In this document: positions 52,972 to 63,988 of the stretch, one piece after another
How positions within the stretch are numbered: the stretch's first letter is position 1
Layout of the letters: each line of letters opens with the position of its first letter
Source: Escherichia coli
GTDB lineage: Bacteria; Pseudomonadota; Gammaproteobacteria; Enterobacterales; Enterobacteriaceae
DNA: 64,000 bases
Assembly (NCBI GenBank): GCA_022969815.1
Contig: GCA_022969815.1_4535.1
Strand: one strand, 5' to 3'
Notes under the pieces: generated by a model
Told to the model about the DNA's origin: nothing
What the model saw: the letters and a program-made list of their open reading frames with translations, nothing else
Database searches by the model: none
Made by a program: the position numbers and the translations under genes

Positions 52972-55900
52972 TTATGTCGTCGGAGTATCAATCACCGGAG
53001 TAGGACGAATTACCGCAGTGTTACCAACCGCAACGTTGCTTGCGCTATTAGGAATAGTTGTGATACGTACTCCTGCTGCTGTCGCTGTTTGGATAGGATC
53101 TGCAATATCCACCTTCACTGGGTTGGTCCAAGTATCGTTATCCTGATAAGGGGCACGAGTGATTACTGTGTCCAAATCAGATCCGCCTGGACCCGCACCT
53201 GGGATACGGATACGTGTACCTGCTGACAGTGGGTAATGATATAACCAAGAAGCATTTGTCGCTGTACCGTTAGGTGTCAGGTTCTGCACAATCGATTTAT
53301 CACCAACATTTGTCGCTCGGATACCGAAGGCTGGAATGTCTGGGATGTACGCACCACTTGTAGTTACAAGGAAGAACGTGTTATCTGCTTTAACGATAAT
53401 ATCTCCTTTATCGAACTCTTTCCCTGTTGGGAAGTGCATCCCGTCAATGTTACGACCTGGGATTGCTTCGATGTAGTAAGATTTACCAGTAGAGCCTACC
53501 AGAGCACCAATACCACCTGCGATGTTCGTATACATATTCGCTTCAACGTTACAGTTGATACGATGTATATCCGAGTAACGGCAACGGCTCCATTGAGGAC
53601 GACCAGTTACCATTGTGTTTCCATTTGGATAGCAGTTTACGTTCACCATCTCCAGTACGGACTTCTCTCTACGGAAGAAACCATCGTAGAAAGTACCTGG
53701 ACCAGATTCAGGCTGACCCACACACTCGAAAGAGTTACAAGTGATGTTAGCCATTGACAACCAAGAAGCGATACCAAACAATTGCAGAGCGTTACAACGG
53801 ATGTTATCGAAGCTAACGCGGTTCTCAAAGCCTGGACCCGCTGATACACCTGCGAAGACACGTCCTGTAGCTGTATGTACGTTACGTACCGAGTAATTGA
53901 AGCAAGGGTTTGATGGGCGACCCTGTGCAGGAACAACAGGTTTACCATCCTCGCCTAAAACTGCGTTCGTACCCCATTCCAGATAGATCATACGGATTGC
54001 ACTTGGCAACGTACTGTCGTCTGTAATAGGCTCACCATAAACACCATCGATCGTGAAATCTTTACAGCCGTACATTACAACAGCGCCTGTTGCAAGCCCT
54101 GTACCAACAGAAACTGTCTGGTCAGGATCACCGTGGATGTTCTGGATAGAAATGTTACGACCAACTTCTACGTGAACAATCTGGCGGCAACGTTTCGCAA
54201 ATACGTTACGGATTGTAATATTCTTACAATACTGCGTATCTGGAATGTCATAACCGTATGGGCCTTTACCTGCTACACCGATACCGATACCCCAGTTGGA
54301 AAGAGGAATTGGTGCGTTCGTTCCGTCGATGTGAGACAAGTAGATGTTCTCAATAACACAACCTTCATCGTAGTGCTTGTTGATTACGTTCAGTTCGATT
54401 GCATCGCCCTGCATATCCATAAACGTCAAGTTACGGAAGACACCGCGACTAACTGGTTCACCAGTACCTTGTTGAAGGATACCGTAAAGTCCGTTTTTAA
54501 ACGTACAGTTGTCAATCTCAAAAGTACCTGGAATTGGGTTGCCCTGGAATACCAAGCTACCAACCTGTCCTGGACGAGGTGCACCATCCCACAAGCAGTC
54601 ATAGATACGCACATCGCCACCCCAGTACATTACACGGGAGTTGCGGAAAGTTGTACCTTCCACTTTACAGTTTTGTAGACGGTAGTCACGTTGTCCACGG
54701 AAGACACCACCAAGGAGGGTGATCCCAGTAATATCAAAAGAACTTGTAGTGAAGGTCATATCACAACCATAAGCATTCAGGATCTTGCTCTTGGTTGCTG
54801 CTGTTGCCACGAGAGCCGCTTGGAAAGCTGCTTCTGGAGTAGCGTACACTGCACTGTTTGCAAACTCGGACAGGTAAACAACATCAAACAGATCATCAAA
54901 CTTACCACCATGTGGAGTTAACAGACCTTCTGTGTTTGTCAGTACCCAAGCATTTGGACCTACGCCACCAGAGGAGGCAAGGGTGTCACTCGCAGAGAGA
55001 GTTTTTGGCAAAGTGCCAGCCCAACGGTAACGACCTGCACCCATACCAATAGTCTGGTGTTTAAGGGTCAGGGTAATTTCATTACCGAAACTGGTAGGCA
55101 GATGTACATATTGCTGACGTTCAACTGCTAATGCTGCCAAGTCAACAGTACCAGAAGAGTGGGTAAGAACACCAGTATCTGATAAGCTAACAAATGTCCC
55201 AGTTAAACCAGGTGGCAGGGTGTAAGCTATTTGGTTAGTGGCATCATACAGGGCTTTCAGACCTACTAAAGCTTGTCCTGATTTTGCGTAAGCCACTTCA
55301 TAATTCAGGAAACCATATTTACGAGCAATTGTCTGAAGAGGAACAGCGTTCATATCTTCGGTCAATGTTTCAGTAGTTGTTTCCAGGTTAGAAATTCGGT
55401 TTTCGAGGTTAGGATCGTTTTCTGCGCTTGCTACAATCTTGCCGATGTAAGCAAACAACTGATTAGGTAATCCAGTTGCAGGATCATGTCCAAGTGGTTC
55501 GGACAAGATGATCTGACTGTTCTCAATACGGAATGCATCACCCACGATCTGGATAACGCCGTTGATAGTCACAATAGCACTATCGAACACATAAGGAGGA
55601 CTGATTACTTTTTCATAACCTGTTGCAGAGGTATACAGCCAAGGAATAACTTCACTTGGCAGTTGTTCAGTCTGCATTCCCCACAGCACCCAGTTATTGT
55701 CCCCGACTGGAGTCCCTTGCATTGGGATAGGGTTCACCAGTGTTGCTGCTGGAGCGTAGTAGTATCCACTCAAGATTCCGTTCTGATAGAAACGGAGTTG
55801 GTTGAATACTGTTTCATTGGTCCCTTGCGCCCAGGCAATAGGACTTTTGAAGTAAAAGTTATCAACCAAAGCCTTACGTAAAGTCGGAATCAATCCTGAT

Positions 55901-56022
55901 TCCGTATCAATACTTTCTGTTGCGCTTCCGTTGATGATATCATGTATCTGGTTAGAAGAAAAGATTACCAGATCTACGCCCTGTTCCAAGGACGTAGCGG
56001 GATATGTTGGGAATAGTGTCAT
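52972..56022 (-). CDS. tailspike with probable right-handed beta-helix (pectate-lyase-like) domain, 1016 aa
   Basis: periodic short beta-strand repeats (NITIRNV, ISIQNIHGD, DFTIDGVYG, FRNLTFMDMQGDAIE) typical of parallel beta-helix depolymerases. Confidence 0.7.
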   Translation of the reverse strand: MTLFPTYPATSLEQGVDLVIFSSNQIHDIINGSATESIDTESGLIPTLRKALVDNFYFKSPIAWAQGTNETVFNQLRFYQNGILSGYYYAPAATLVNPIPMQGTPVGDNNWVLWGMQTEQLPSEVIPWLYTSATGYEKVISPPYVFDSAIVTINGVIQIVGDAFRIENSQIILSEPLGHDPATGLPNQLFAYIGKIVASAENDPNLENRISNLETTTETLTEDMNAVPLQTIARKYGFLNYEVAYAKSGQALVGLKALYDATNQIAYTLPPGLTGTFVSLSDTGVLTHSSGTVDLAALAVERQQYVHLPTSFGNEITLTLKHQTIGMGAGRYRWAGTLPKTLSASDTLASSGGVGPNAWVLTNTEGLLTPHGGKFDDLFDVVYLSEFANSAVYATPEAAFQAALVATAATKSKILNAYGCDMTFTTSSFDITGITLLGGVFRGQRDYRLQNCKVEGTTFRNSRVMYWGGDVRIYDCLWDGAPRPGQVGSLVFQGNPIPGTFEIDNCTFKNGLYGILQQGTGEPVSRGVFRNLTFMDMQGDAIELNVINKHYDEGCVIENIYLSHIDGTNAPIPLSNWGIGIGVAGKGPYGYDIPDTQYCKNITIRNVFAKRCRQIVHVEVGRNISIQNIHGDPDQTVSVGTGLATGAVVMYGCKDFTIDGVYGEPITDDSTLPSAIRMIYLEWGTNAVLGEDGKPVVPAQGRPSNPCFNYSVRNVHTATGRVFAGVSAGPGFENRVSFDNIRCNALQLFGIASWLSMANITCNSFECVGQPESGPGTFYDGFFRREKSVLEMVNVNCYPNGNTMVTGRPQWSRCRYSDIHRINCNVEANMYTNIAGGIGALVGSTGKSYYIEAIPGRNIDGMHFPTGKEFDKGDIIVKADNTFFLVTTSGAYIPDIPAFGIRATNVGDKSIVQNLTPNGTATNASWLYHYPLSAGTRIRIPGAGPGGSDLDTVITRAPYQDNDTWTNPVKVDIADPIQTATAAGVRITTIPNSASNVAVGNTAVIRPTPVIDTPTT

Positions 56023-56028
56023 TTATAA

Positions 56029-56364
56029 TTAACCCTTACTCTGTGTACGTTTAGTAATATCCTCTAACATCATCTGGATCGTTGCATTCTTGAGGTCCAT
56101 GATTTTTTCAATCTTCTGCTCAAGAGTCGTATTGTTCGCCAGTAATGTAGAGTTAATCTGATTCAGCATTTGAGTAAGTTCAGCTTTCGTTGCGTAAGTG
56201 GATTCGACGAAAACAAGTTTCTTTTCCAACTCACGGGCCTTGTCTTCGACCTTCTCCAAATCAACACCAAACTTATCTATTTTTTGTTTAAACAGAAACC
56301 AGATTAAACCGATTAGAGGGATGATTGCATCCTTAGCAAGACCCCAGACTTCTTGAAATTCCAT
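56029..56364 (-). CDS. membrane-anchored coiled-coil protein, 111 aa
   Basis: N-terminal TM helix AIIPLIGLIWFLF followed by a charged heptad region. Confidence 0.5.
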   Translation of the reverse strand: MEFQEVWGLAKDAIIPLIGLIWFLFKQKIDKFGVDLEKVEDKARELEKKLVFVESTYATKAELTQMLNQINSTLLANNTTLEQKIEKIMDLKNATIQMMLEDITKRTQSKG

Positions 56365-56375
56365 ATTTGCATCCC

Positions 56376-56921
56376 TTATTTTGTTGGTAGGGTAGGCCAG
56401 TTAACCTCGTAAGGATATCCCTCTTGAAGAGGCACACGGTTCAATTCCACAACATAAACTTGGAGTTGCTTCAGTTCCGCAAGTTCTTCGGGTGTCGCTA
56501 TCTCAAGATCTTTTGCATATTGCAAAGGCGTGATAAGGGCAACGGCTGCTTCTTGCTTATTCTTTATTTCAGCAGAAACCTTGACAATCATTTGTTCACG
56601 ACTGTACTCTTTATCTTTCAGTGTAAGAGTTTCTAAGTCTAAAACCTTGTCACGGATATCTTCGAAACTTGTAATCTCAAAATCAACTTGTGCAAGAGAC
56701 ATGTTTTCGGGACACAACAGAGTAGGATCTGTGTTCCAAAAAACTATACGGTTCTGATCGTCAAACACAACTTTCATTTTGTCGTTTTTTAACAGACCAT
56801 CGCGTAATTCATACCAATCAAAACCCTGGTCGCAAAGTAGGAACAAAATGTTCTCTACTTCTACGAGTTCTCTTAGGGCGGGATCTTCTGGGATATACTT
56901 CTTAAAATTAGTGTAGAGCAT
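56376..56921 (-). CDS. hypothetical tail-associated protein, 181 aa
   Basis: ATG 56919-56921, GGAGG SD. Confidence 0.55.
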   Translation of the reverse strand: MLYTNFKKYIPEDPALRELVEVENILFLLCDQGFDWYELRDGLLKNDKMKVVFDDQNRIVFWNTDPTLLCPENMSLAQVDFEITSFEDIRDKVLDLETLTLKDKEYSREQMIVKVSAEIKNKQEAAVALITPLQYAKDLEIATPEELAELKQLQVYVVELNRVPLQEGYPYEVNWPTLPTK

Positions 56922-57983
56922 TTAGCCTCCAATATCGTACCAGTTTCCGTTCACGTTTCGCTGGAGACGTTTGAAGTAAACACCACCAATGTTATCCGCA
57001 GAACTACGGCCTGTTTCCTGGACAATAATACCAGAAAGAACATAGCCGGAAGAACAAACATATGTCCAAGACACTTCGTTACCTGGTGGGTAATATACGC
57101 CTTGGCTGGTATAACGTATGTCACGAACAAAAGTACCATTCGCATAGTTATAGTTGTTACTGATCTGGTTTTGCAAGTTATTGTTCACGTTGTCAATACG
57201 TGAGTTCAAGTTGTTGTTAACGTTGTTCAGGTTGTTTTGAACAGAGTTAATATTCGTTTGCAAGGTGTTCTGTAAAGAGCTTAAACGTGAGTTCAAGTAA
57301 TCTAAACGAACCAGAGCATTACCGTTCCCAGTATCTTGTCCACTATTAGATCGTGGATTATCAATCAGGACATAACCACCATCATACAAACGTACTGCAC
57401 AGGATACGTTACCATTGGTAGGGTTCCTGCGATACATGTAAAGGTGTCCTCCGTTATTGTATTCGGAAGAGATTTCACCGTTGGTTTGACCTGCGAAGTT
57501 TTTAAAGAATATAGTAGCAGGATCTGAAGTAGATGTACCATTTACATAAATATCTCCACCATAGATAGCACCGCCGCCGTCACGTTTAACTAACACGTTA
57601 GGGGTTACTGTAGTGCTTGTTGCATCTGTGATGTTTGAAGATAAGTGGTTGTGGCTGTTATCTACAACTTGGATAGAAAGCGTTACTGCTGCATTTCCGT
57701 TCCAGGTTACTTCACCTGTTGCATCCCCTGCCATTGTTATTTTAGTACCAACCAGAGGAAGATATGTATTTGGTAATGTTGGAAGAAACTCGTCAACCAG
57801 ATAACGAATCCATAGCCCGTTATTGTTGAGTACCCAGTTCATTTCTTCACAAGTCATGATCTGACCATAATCCATACCCACGGTACGAATAATTTCTTTA
57901 GGTCGAATCTTGTTTAAGTTTTGTGTTCCTGGGAGGGTAACTGTTTCTACAGCCCAATCAGGATAGTATATTGGCTTCGCCAT
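56922..57983 (-). CDS. tail fibre protein, 353 aa
   Basis: Asn-rich heptad region NINSVQNNLNNVNNNLNSRIDNVNNNLQNQ, Gly/Thr/Ser-rich distal part. Confidence 0.65.
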   Translation of the reverse strand: MAKPIYYPDWAVETVTLPGTQNLNKIRPKEIIRTVGMDYGQIMTCEEMNWVLNNNGLWIRYLVDEFLPTLPNTYLPLVGTKITMAGDATGEVTWNGNAAVTLSIQVVDNSHNHLSSNITDATSTTVTPNVLVKRDGGGAIYGGDIYVNGTSTSDPATIFFKNFAGQTNGEISSEYNNGGHLYMYRRNPTNGNVSCAVRLYDGGYVLIDNPRSNSGQDTGNGNALVRLDYLNSRLSSLQNTLQTNINSVQNNLNNVNNNLNSRIDNVNNNLQNQISNNYNYANGTFVRDIRYTSQGVYYPPGNEVSWTYVCSSGYVLSGIIVQETGRSSADNIGGVYFKRLQRNVNGNWYDIGG

Positions 57984-57992
57984 TGGAACTCC

Positions 57993-58622
57993 TTAATCGA
58001 TTTGTTTCAGAAGCATACACATGCGTCCAGTTTCATCTCCTGTAGATTCCAAGTACAAGGAACCCAAACCACCAATACCATGAGGATCTTTGGTAGCGTA
58101 ATAAGAGGTGAATCCAAAAGCTGATCCGGCTTTAGCTCCCAGTCGATAGTTGCTTATAATTGGGAACACACTTAAAAGTTGCTCAAGAGCTTGATCAGAC
58201 TGAAGACACAAGTTATAAAAGAACACATCAAAGGATTTATTCAATCCCACATATGTGTTAATTGTATCTCGTTTTGTACCTGTGAAACGGGCGAAGATAT
58301 CAATAATGTCCCCACGAGTCCCCGAAGAGGCAACACGATAAGCCCTGATTTTTAAAATTGTGCGGTACTCTTCATCATCAGAACCATTTCGTTCAATACC
58401 CATCTCTTCACCAAGGAGATCAAGATAATCTCCCGTGGCTGTAGATATTAAACGGTGTTTAGCAAGATAGATCATTGCCTGATCTATCTTTTGCTTTTCA
58501 CTTGATACGATGTAGAGGAGCTTGACAATGTTAGGGGAAGATTTAAAATCTTCAATCAACAGATCTTTAACGTCTTCATTGATATTCTCCCAAGTCGTTA
58601 CATGGTCAACACTCACTGCCAT
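57993..58622 (-). CDS. baseplate-associated protein (assumed), 209 aa
   Basis: position within the tail module. Confidence 0.5.
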   Translation of the reverse strand: MAVSVDHVTTWENINEDVKDLLIEDFKSSPNIVKLLYIVSSEKQKIDQAMIYLAKHRLISTATGDYLDLLGEEMGIERNGSDDEEYRTILKIRAYRVASSGTRGDIIDIFARFTGTKRDTINTYVGLNKSFDVFFYNLCLQSDQALEQLLSVFPIISNYRLGAKAGSAFGFTSYYATKDPHGIGGLGSLYLESTGDETGRMCMLLKQID

Positions 58623-58624
58623 TT

Positions 58625-60112
58625 TTAGACTCCATACTCGTAGGAAATGTTATCAAGGTCGAAAGACGGGACAATATTGTAGGCAGGAATAATGTTCCCT
58701 TCTGTATATTTACTGTCGTCTTCATTATTAAGTTTAACATAAACACGGAGAGAAGTCAAGCGCCCAAAGGCAAGTGCTGCATAAATAACACCTTTAATCT
58801 GGTCGTTTGTCACAGAAGAACCCAATTCGAAATAGGCTTGCAGGTTATCCAATGCTTTAACAATGTTTTCTTTCTCTGTTCCACTTAACGTTGTACCGTT
58901 GATTGTCTGGTATACAAGTTTCAAAGAGTACGTTGCAGTAGCACCAGGAGAGAAGCGGATAATCTCTTGTCCACCGTCTTCCGTCATGACAGTAATGTTA
59001 GTTGTGCCATACGTCAAGGTATTGATTGGTTTAGTGTCGTAAATCACTTTAGCAACTTCTTCGGCACTCCCACCATACACGATTGTCTGGAAACTCATTG
59101 CAGGTGCATGTTCCTGATCGTGGATTGTCGGGTTGTCGTAAATCTTAACCTTAGTTACGCCATCAGTTTGCAACAAGGCTTTAACGATAGCTGCGCGTGT
59201 ACCTGCGTTTGCTTCATCAAGGTTATCGTTGAAACGTGAGCGGAACTCTGCGTCTGTCTCTACATCTCGTCCTGAAGAGAAAGCATAGAAGTTACCAGAA
59301 TCAAGGTAGCCTGTGAAGGTTGAAGAGATTCCAGAAATGGATTCCACACCTACCGGATTGTACCCTGCTTCCGCCCCTACCACTGGAATTTCACTCCACT
59401 TCATCCCAACAGGGACAGAAGCGTAGAATTTTATTGGTGTTACCAAACCAACAGGTTCTGCATCTCCCGCTGCTGCGAAGCCAACGTAAACGTTACTTGC
59501 GTCTGCGTGGATTAAACCTTGATCCGTAGTGGAGAGGTTGTCTCGAATAAAGTTTGCAAGATCTGTAATGAATGTCGAAGAAGCTGGAGAGAGTACTCGA
59601 CTGTTCAGACCACCATCATTTGCACTTTGTGCGTAGAAAGTTATGTTAGCCATACCTGTAGCTGTTGCATTCGCACGCGAGATTTGATATGCTGCGATCT
59701 TAGCATTCAACATAGTAGGTGCACTGACATAATAGTTCATGTCGTTGTCTGCATTAAAATACGTATCTGTACCAAGTTCAAAAGTCCAAGGGGCTTTGTT
59801 GTTGCTTTTCACATAAGCAAAACCTGAACCAGGTGCAGCGGCTGAACGGTAGAAACCACGTTTGGAGAAGATCTCATCAAGGTAGATACCTTCGGCACCA
59901 TCCAGTGTCTGGGTATTATAAACCCCTTGCATCCCTTCCCATAATGTGTAGTCGGTATAAGCAATAATACGGAACAACTGCCCGAAAACAGTATCCTCCG
60001 AAGTCGCTGCATCAGCACCAAAGGTGTTCTTAAGTGCAGTCATGTAGTTGTTAAGTACATCGTCGAATGTCGGGATTACAAATCCCGCATCGGTTAAACC
60101 ATATTCATCCAT
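58625..60112 (-). CDS. baseplate-like structural protein, 495 aa
   Basis: position and size within the tail module. Confidence 0.55.
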   Translation of the reverse strand: MDEYGLTDAGFVIPTFDDVLNNYMTALKNTFGADAATSEDTVFGQLFRIIAYTDYTLWEGMQGVYNTQTLDGAEGIYLDEIFSKRGFYRSAAAPGSGFAYVKSNNKAPWTFELGTDTYFNADNDMNYYVSAPTMLNAKIAAYQISRANATATGMANITFYAQSANDGGLNSRVLSPASSTFITDLANFIRDNLSTTDQGLIHADASNVYVGFAAAGDAEPVGLVTPIKFYASVPVGMKWSEIPVVGAEAGYNPVGVESISGISSTFTGYLDSGNFYAFSSGRDVETDAEFRSRFNDNLDEANAGTRAAIVKALLQTDGVTKVKIYDNPTIHDQEHAPAMSFQTIVYGGSAEEVAKVIYDTKPINTLTYGTTNITVMTEDGGQEIIRFSPGATATYSLKLVYQTINGTTLSGTEKENIVKALDNLQAYFELGSSVTNDQIKGVIYAALAFGRLTSLRVYVKLNNEDDSKYTEGNIIPAYNIVPSFDLDNISYEYGV

Positions 60113-60369
60113 TACTCATCCTCTTTGTTGTGTTCAGGGTTAGAAGACCTACCCCAACGCAGGTCTATTAGATTTTTCATTAATCGTGAGGGAGTGATCA
60201 TAAAAACAAAAGCCCAGCCCATCCATTCAGGAATTTCTTTTTCTATTCCTAAAAAGATGAACATGCCTGTCATTGTCATCATACCTACGGCGTTCCATAC
60301 TTTAGTGGAACTTACCCCGTTCCCAGGGTAAGTGCAGAACATGCCACGTAAAAATTTTTTAATGCTCAT
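60112..60369 (-). CDS. small membrane protein with two TM segments and charged C-terminus, 85 aa
   Basis: MMTMTGMFIFLGI and GWAFVFMITP hydrophobic segments, tail ...SSNPEHNKEDE. Confidence 0.45.
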   Translation of the reverse strand: MSIKKFLRGMFCTYPGNGVSSTKVWNAVGMMTMTGMFIFLGIEKEIPEWMGWAFVFMITPSRLMKNLIDLRWGRSSNPEHNKEDE

Positions 60370-60370
60370 A

Positions 60371-63202
60371 TTATGGCCTCAAGTCAATACCGATGTTTGG
60401 TAAGCTGGATTGTGCATTGCTTCGACGATACAAAGCGTACAGACCAAAGCCACGGAGGATTTCTCCAGAGTGGAAACCAAACGCCGGAGCGTTATCATTT
60501 GCAGCATCAGGGTTAGAACTCCAAGAACCGTTCATTACATGGTTGGGACCAGCAACAACATAATTCTCTTGCAGGAGGTCAAAGCAACGATCCGCTACGA
60601 TGGAAATATTAGGGATCTGGTTTTCCAGATTAGCCAACCCGATATAACAGCAACCCGCCAGGAACAATGCAGACATGTGGGATGTAAAGTCCCATGTAGG
60701 AGCCGAGACTGTGCCATCAGGCATGAAGATTGTAGGAGTACGCCCTTCGTTGTTGTCTTGGAACCACTTCAGATAGTTCACCCAGTTCTTAGTCACTGTC
60801 ATGAGTTTGGCTGGAATAGGTTCACCACGAGCTTGCAGTTCATGCAAACAACGAGCACCACAATAAAATGCACGAGCTTCATATCCATCCCAAGCTTTTT
60901 CATTCCAGTGTTTCATTGTAAACTGGTTCTTTTCCCCGTACTTCAATGCATCCCAACGATCCCATACAAAGGCTTGAGCCATTGGTCCAGGCATAACAGG
61001 ATCAAATGTTTCATAGAACCACATTTGAGAGTCATAAAGGAAGTTGATACTTTCTGTTAATCGTGTATACTCAATATTCTCACCAGCAAAGCAATACAAT
61101 ACTGGGTACTGGTATCCAGGGTAGGGCAGTCCACGCCAACCATCAAAGAGCGCCGTATTAGGATCGCTAATGTTGGAGAATGGAATAATACCTGGTGTGT
61201 AATGGAGGCTATTCAGTTTGTAGTCAACAATTACGCAGTCGCCAAGTTTCGCGCTGTATGGATTTTGTGCTTGCAAAGAGATGCGGAAATACATTGTGTA
61301 ATCATCACCATTTGCAGAAGAATACCGAGTAGGTACTTCATTCACACAATACCAATCAAACTGTGCGTTAACACCATTAACAGGATCAGTGTCCAATCCG
61401 ATGTTGATTTGGTCGAGAGCACTAATGTCGATAGTCGCAGGTTTAGGATCTGTTTCTGGGTGATTCGGTTGCCAAGAGCTTAACTGGAAACTTGCCGCAG
61501 TTATTGTCTTAGTTACCCAAGTCCCACCAGTTTTCTCCAACATAGCCCACCATCTCCATCCGTCTTTATCCGTCAATGTGATATTGAAATCATCATTGTA
61601 AGTACGGTAAGATAAAGATTGGAGTGGTGCTACTTCTTCATCCAGTAACCAGAAACCAATAGAGATTCCACCGTCAGTATCCATAACCGCAGTGCAAATC
61701 TGATCGCTAATGTTTGAAGGTAAAATATTCGTTGTATACTGGAAGTTTACCACAGTATTGTCACCCCAGTCAATAACATTTCGCGGATCAGCAACAATAT
61801 ACTGTCCACCACCTGGAGGTGTTGAACGAATGAAGCTGGATAGCGGAATATCCATCGACTGGATAGAGGTTGTCGCTGTTGGGATACCACAACGATAATC
61901 TACCAGGTCATCATTCGTTTTTGTCTTACTCAAAGACAATTCTGGACGGAAGATAACAGGGACACCCGCATCATCCACACCTGCAAACTCTACACGCAAT
62001 TTGGAATTATTATCCACACGGAACCAAATAGCTTGTTGCTCCATTGTCGTCTGTGCAGCCACTTTCTGACGAATGGTAATGTACCCTTGAGCATCACGAC
62101 CAAAATCAGCCGTAGATCCTGATGGATAGTAATAGTCATAACTAATACCATCTGTGAACGGAATACTTGCCAATGTGGATTTACGGAAGAACTTGTCGAA
62201 ACGGTCAATATCAGAGTAATCAATACAAACCATCAAAGAAGACTTCCATGCCAGACGATACTTTTCTTCTCCGGTGATCTTGTACATCATGTAACAAGCA
62301 TCGCACCACCAAGTTTCAGCATCGGAAGCATTATCTGCAAACGAAATATCAATCGGAACGTTTACTGGGCGGTTATGCCACATTTCGTTACGTCCGATCA
62401 GATAACCACCTTTGTCTACAGGATTACATGTTGCATAGTTGAACTTGTAGTTGCCAGTGACTGTCTTGTTTTTCAGTTGAACCGTACCGTACTCGGAAAG
62501 AGAGTGTCCAGTAGAAAGAATGTTTCCGTCCCAGTCTACTTTACGTCCCAGACGATCGATAATCCAATCTACATCCCACTGACTACCCTTAACGTCCCAA
62601 TCTGTTGATCCGTCTGCCTTGGTGCCATATACTGTAGCGTTTACAGAGTTCCATCCCAGATTACCGTCGAAAGCAAACCAAGCTTTATCCAAGTATTCTC
62701 CCCAATGTGGAGCACCTTTAGGAATCACTGTGCGTCCGTTGGTCCAAGTCATCACGCTTCCTTTAAAGCCGCCGTGAGTTGGATACCCATCGTCTGTCAG
62801 AGGATAGTGAGCCAAACGAGGCTCCTTTCCGTTGATGATCCAGTTAGGACGATATTTTGCCGGAGGATTAGGGATTGGCTGACCACCAAAGAAGTGGTCA
62901 ATGTAAGCTTGCCAGTAAGTTTTAGCCAAGTCAAGATACTTAACATCGCCAGTACCCAAATAAGCATAAGCACACCCCAGAACTAAAACAGATTGACCTT
63001 CTGTGGTCGCATCTCCGTTGGGCTGTCCTTCCTGTCCAGTCCAGTTGATGAAGTGTCGGTTGTTTGCAAGAACATGCTCTGGGTTGATAAGGTAATGCTG
63101 TACCGTTGGGTCGATTGTCAAACCTGTGCTTCTTTCCATGAACTGGACATGACCATCAATCAGTTGGAAAGCATTATCAATATTGTGCTTAATTTGAGAC
63201 AT
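60371..63202 (-). CDS. large virion protein, possibly with a carbohydrate-active domain, 943 aa
   Basis: Trp/Tyr-rich; ATG 63200-63202, GGGAG SD; function unassigned. Confidence 0.6.
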   Translation of the reverse strand: MSQIKHNIDNAFQLIDGHVQFMERSTGLTIDPTVQHYLINPEHVLANNRHFINWTGQEGQPNGDATTEGQSVLVLGCAYAYLGTGDVKYLDLAKTYWQAYIDHFFGGQPIPNPPAKYRPNWIINGKEPRLAHYPLTDDGYPTHGGFKGSVMTWTNGRTVIPKGAPHWGEYLDKAWFAFDGNLGWNSVNATVYGTKADGSTDWDVKGSQWDVDWIIDRLGRKVDWDGNILSTGHSLSEYGTVQLKNKTVTGNYKFNYATCNPVDKGGYLIGRNEMWHNRPVNVPIDISFADNASDAETWWCDACYMMYKITGEEKYRLAWKSSLMVCIDYSDIDRFDKFFRKSTLASIPFTDGISYDYYYPSGSTADFGRDAQGYITIRQKVAAQTTMEQQAIWFRVDNNSKLRVEFAGVDDAGVPVIFRPELSLSKTKTNDDLVDYRCGIPTATTSIQSMDIPLSSFIRSTPPGGGQYIVADPRNVIDWGDNTVVNFQYTTNILPSNISDQICTAVMDTDGGISIGFWLLDEEVAPLQSLSYRTYNDDFNITLTDKDGWRWWAMLEKTGGTWVTKTITAASFQLSSWQPNHPETDPKPATIDISALDQINIGLDTDPVNGVNAQFDWYCVNEVPTRYSSANGDDYTMYFRISLQAQNPYSAKLGDCVIVDYKLNSLHYTPGIIPFSNISDPNTALFDGWRGLPYPGYQYPVLYCFAGENIEYTRLTESINFLYDSQMWFYETFDPVMPGPMAQAFVWDRWDALKYGEKNQFTMKHWNEKAWDGYEARAFYCGARCLHELQARGEPIPAKLMTVTKNWVNYLKWFQDNNEGRTPTIFMPDGTVSAPTWDFTSHMSALFLAGCCYIGLANLENQIPNISIVADRCFDLLQENYVVAGPNHVMNGSWSSNPDAANDNAPAFGFHSGEILRGFGLYALYRRSNAQSSLPNIGIDLRP

Positions 63203-63675
63203 TAGATCACTCCCGCCATTACCATACTTCCAATCCAGGAAGCACCGTTGTCTAAACTGATAAATTCAAAAGTATCGATCGCACCTTGACGATAACTCAA
63301 AACAGGTGCACGCCCAAAACTCCACTTAACCGATGCTGGCCATACCACTTTATTCGCCCCACTACCCTGACGCAAAGCCAAACTAAAGTTTAAAACTGTC
63401 GCTGTGGTAACAGGAATGTTTGTAAAGCTGATCGTACAAGAAGCGGAAGAGAGAGTCGCATAAAAATACTCTGCCGAACCCACATCTAAAGCCAATGTAC
63501 TGGTGGCAGTGCCACGGGTACTTAAACGATTACGAGTAACCCCAGCACCATTCAAAAGAACGCGCAGGGACGTTTTCTTAGTTATCCCTGCCTGATCCGT
63601 TACAAAGAAATCTGTATCTGAGACAGACGTGGTTTGAACCAAATCTGTAACTTTGATAGTTGTTAAATCTGCCAT
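63202..63675 (-). CDS. hypothetical tail protein, 157 aa
   Basis: ATG 63673-63675, AGGAG SD. Confidence 0.55.
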   Translation of the reverse strand: MADLTTIKVTDLVQTTSVSDTDFFVTDQAGITKKTSLRVLLNGAGVTRNRLSTRGTATSTLALDVGSAEYFYATLSSASCTISFTNIPVTTATVLNFSLALRQGSGANKVVWPASVKWSFGRAPVLSYRQGAIDTFEFISLDNGASWIGSMVMAGVI

Positions 63676-63676
63676 T

Positions 63677-63988
63677 TTATACTCCTGTCATAGCCGTAAG
63701 GCCGAAGTTATTACTTGTTGAAAGAACTGAACCAGAATCGCTAACCATCATGCGTTCAACAGCAGTTTCCGTCGCCCATTCATTCCACCAAGTAGAATAT
63801 GTATTTTCAGGCAGACCAACAAAGTTAATGAAGCGGTACAGACGGTTAGAAGATTCAACAATGGTATATGCTTCACAAGTGATTGCTGCATTGTCATCGC
63901 CAGCTTCTGGGTAAATAAATTCTTCAGAAGGTTGGGTGTTGAAACTTGTTGTTACTGTGTCTGCGCCTACTGTGACAACAACATCCAT
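63677..63988 (-). CDS. hypothetical structural protein, 103 aa
   Basis: ATG 63986-63988; its upstream region lies outside the window. Confidence 0.5.
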   Translation of the reverse strand: MDVVVTVGADTVTTSFNTQPSEEFIYPEAGDDNAAITCEAYTIVESSNRLYRFINFVGLPENTYSTWWNEWATETAVERMMVSDSGSVLSTSNNFGLTAMTGV

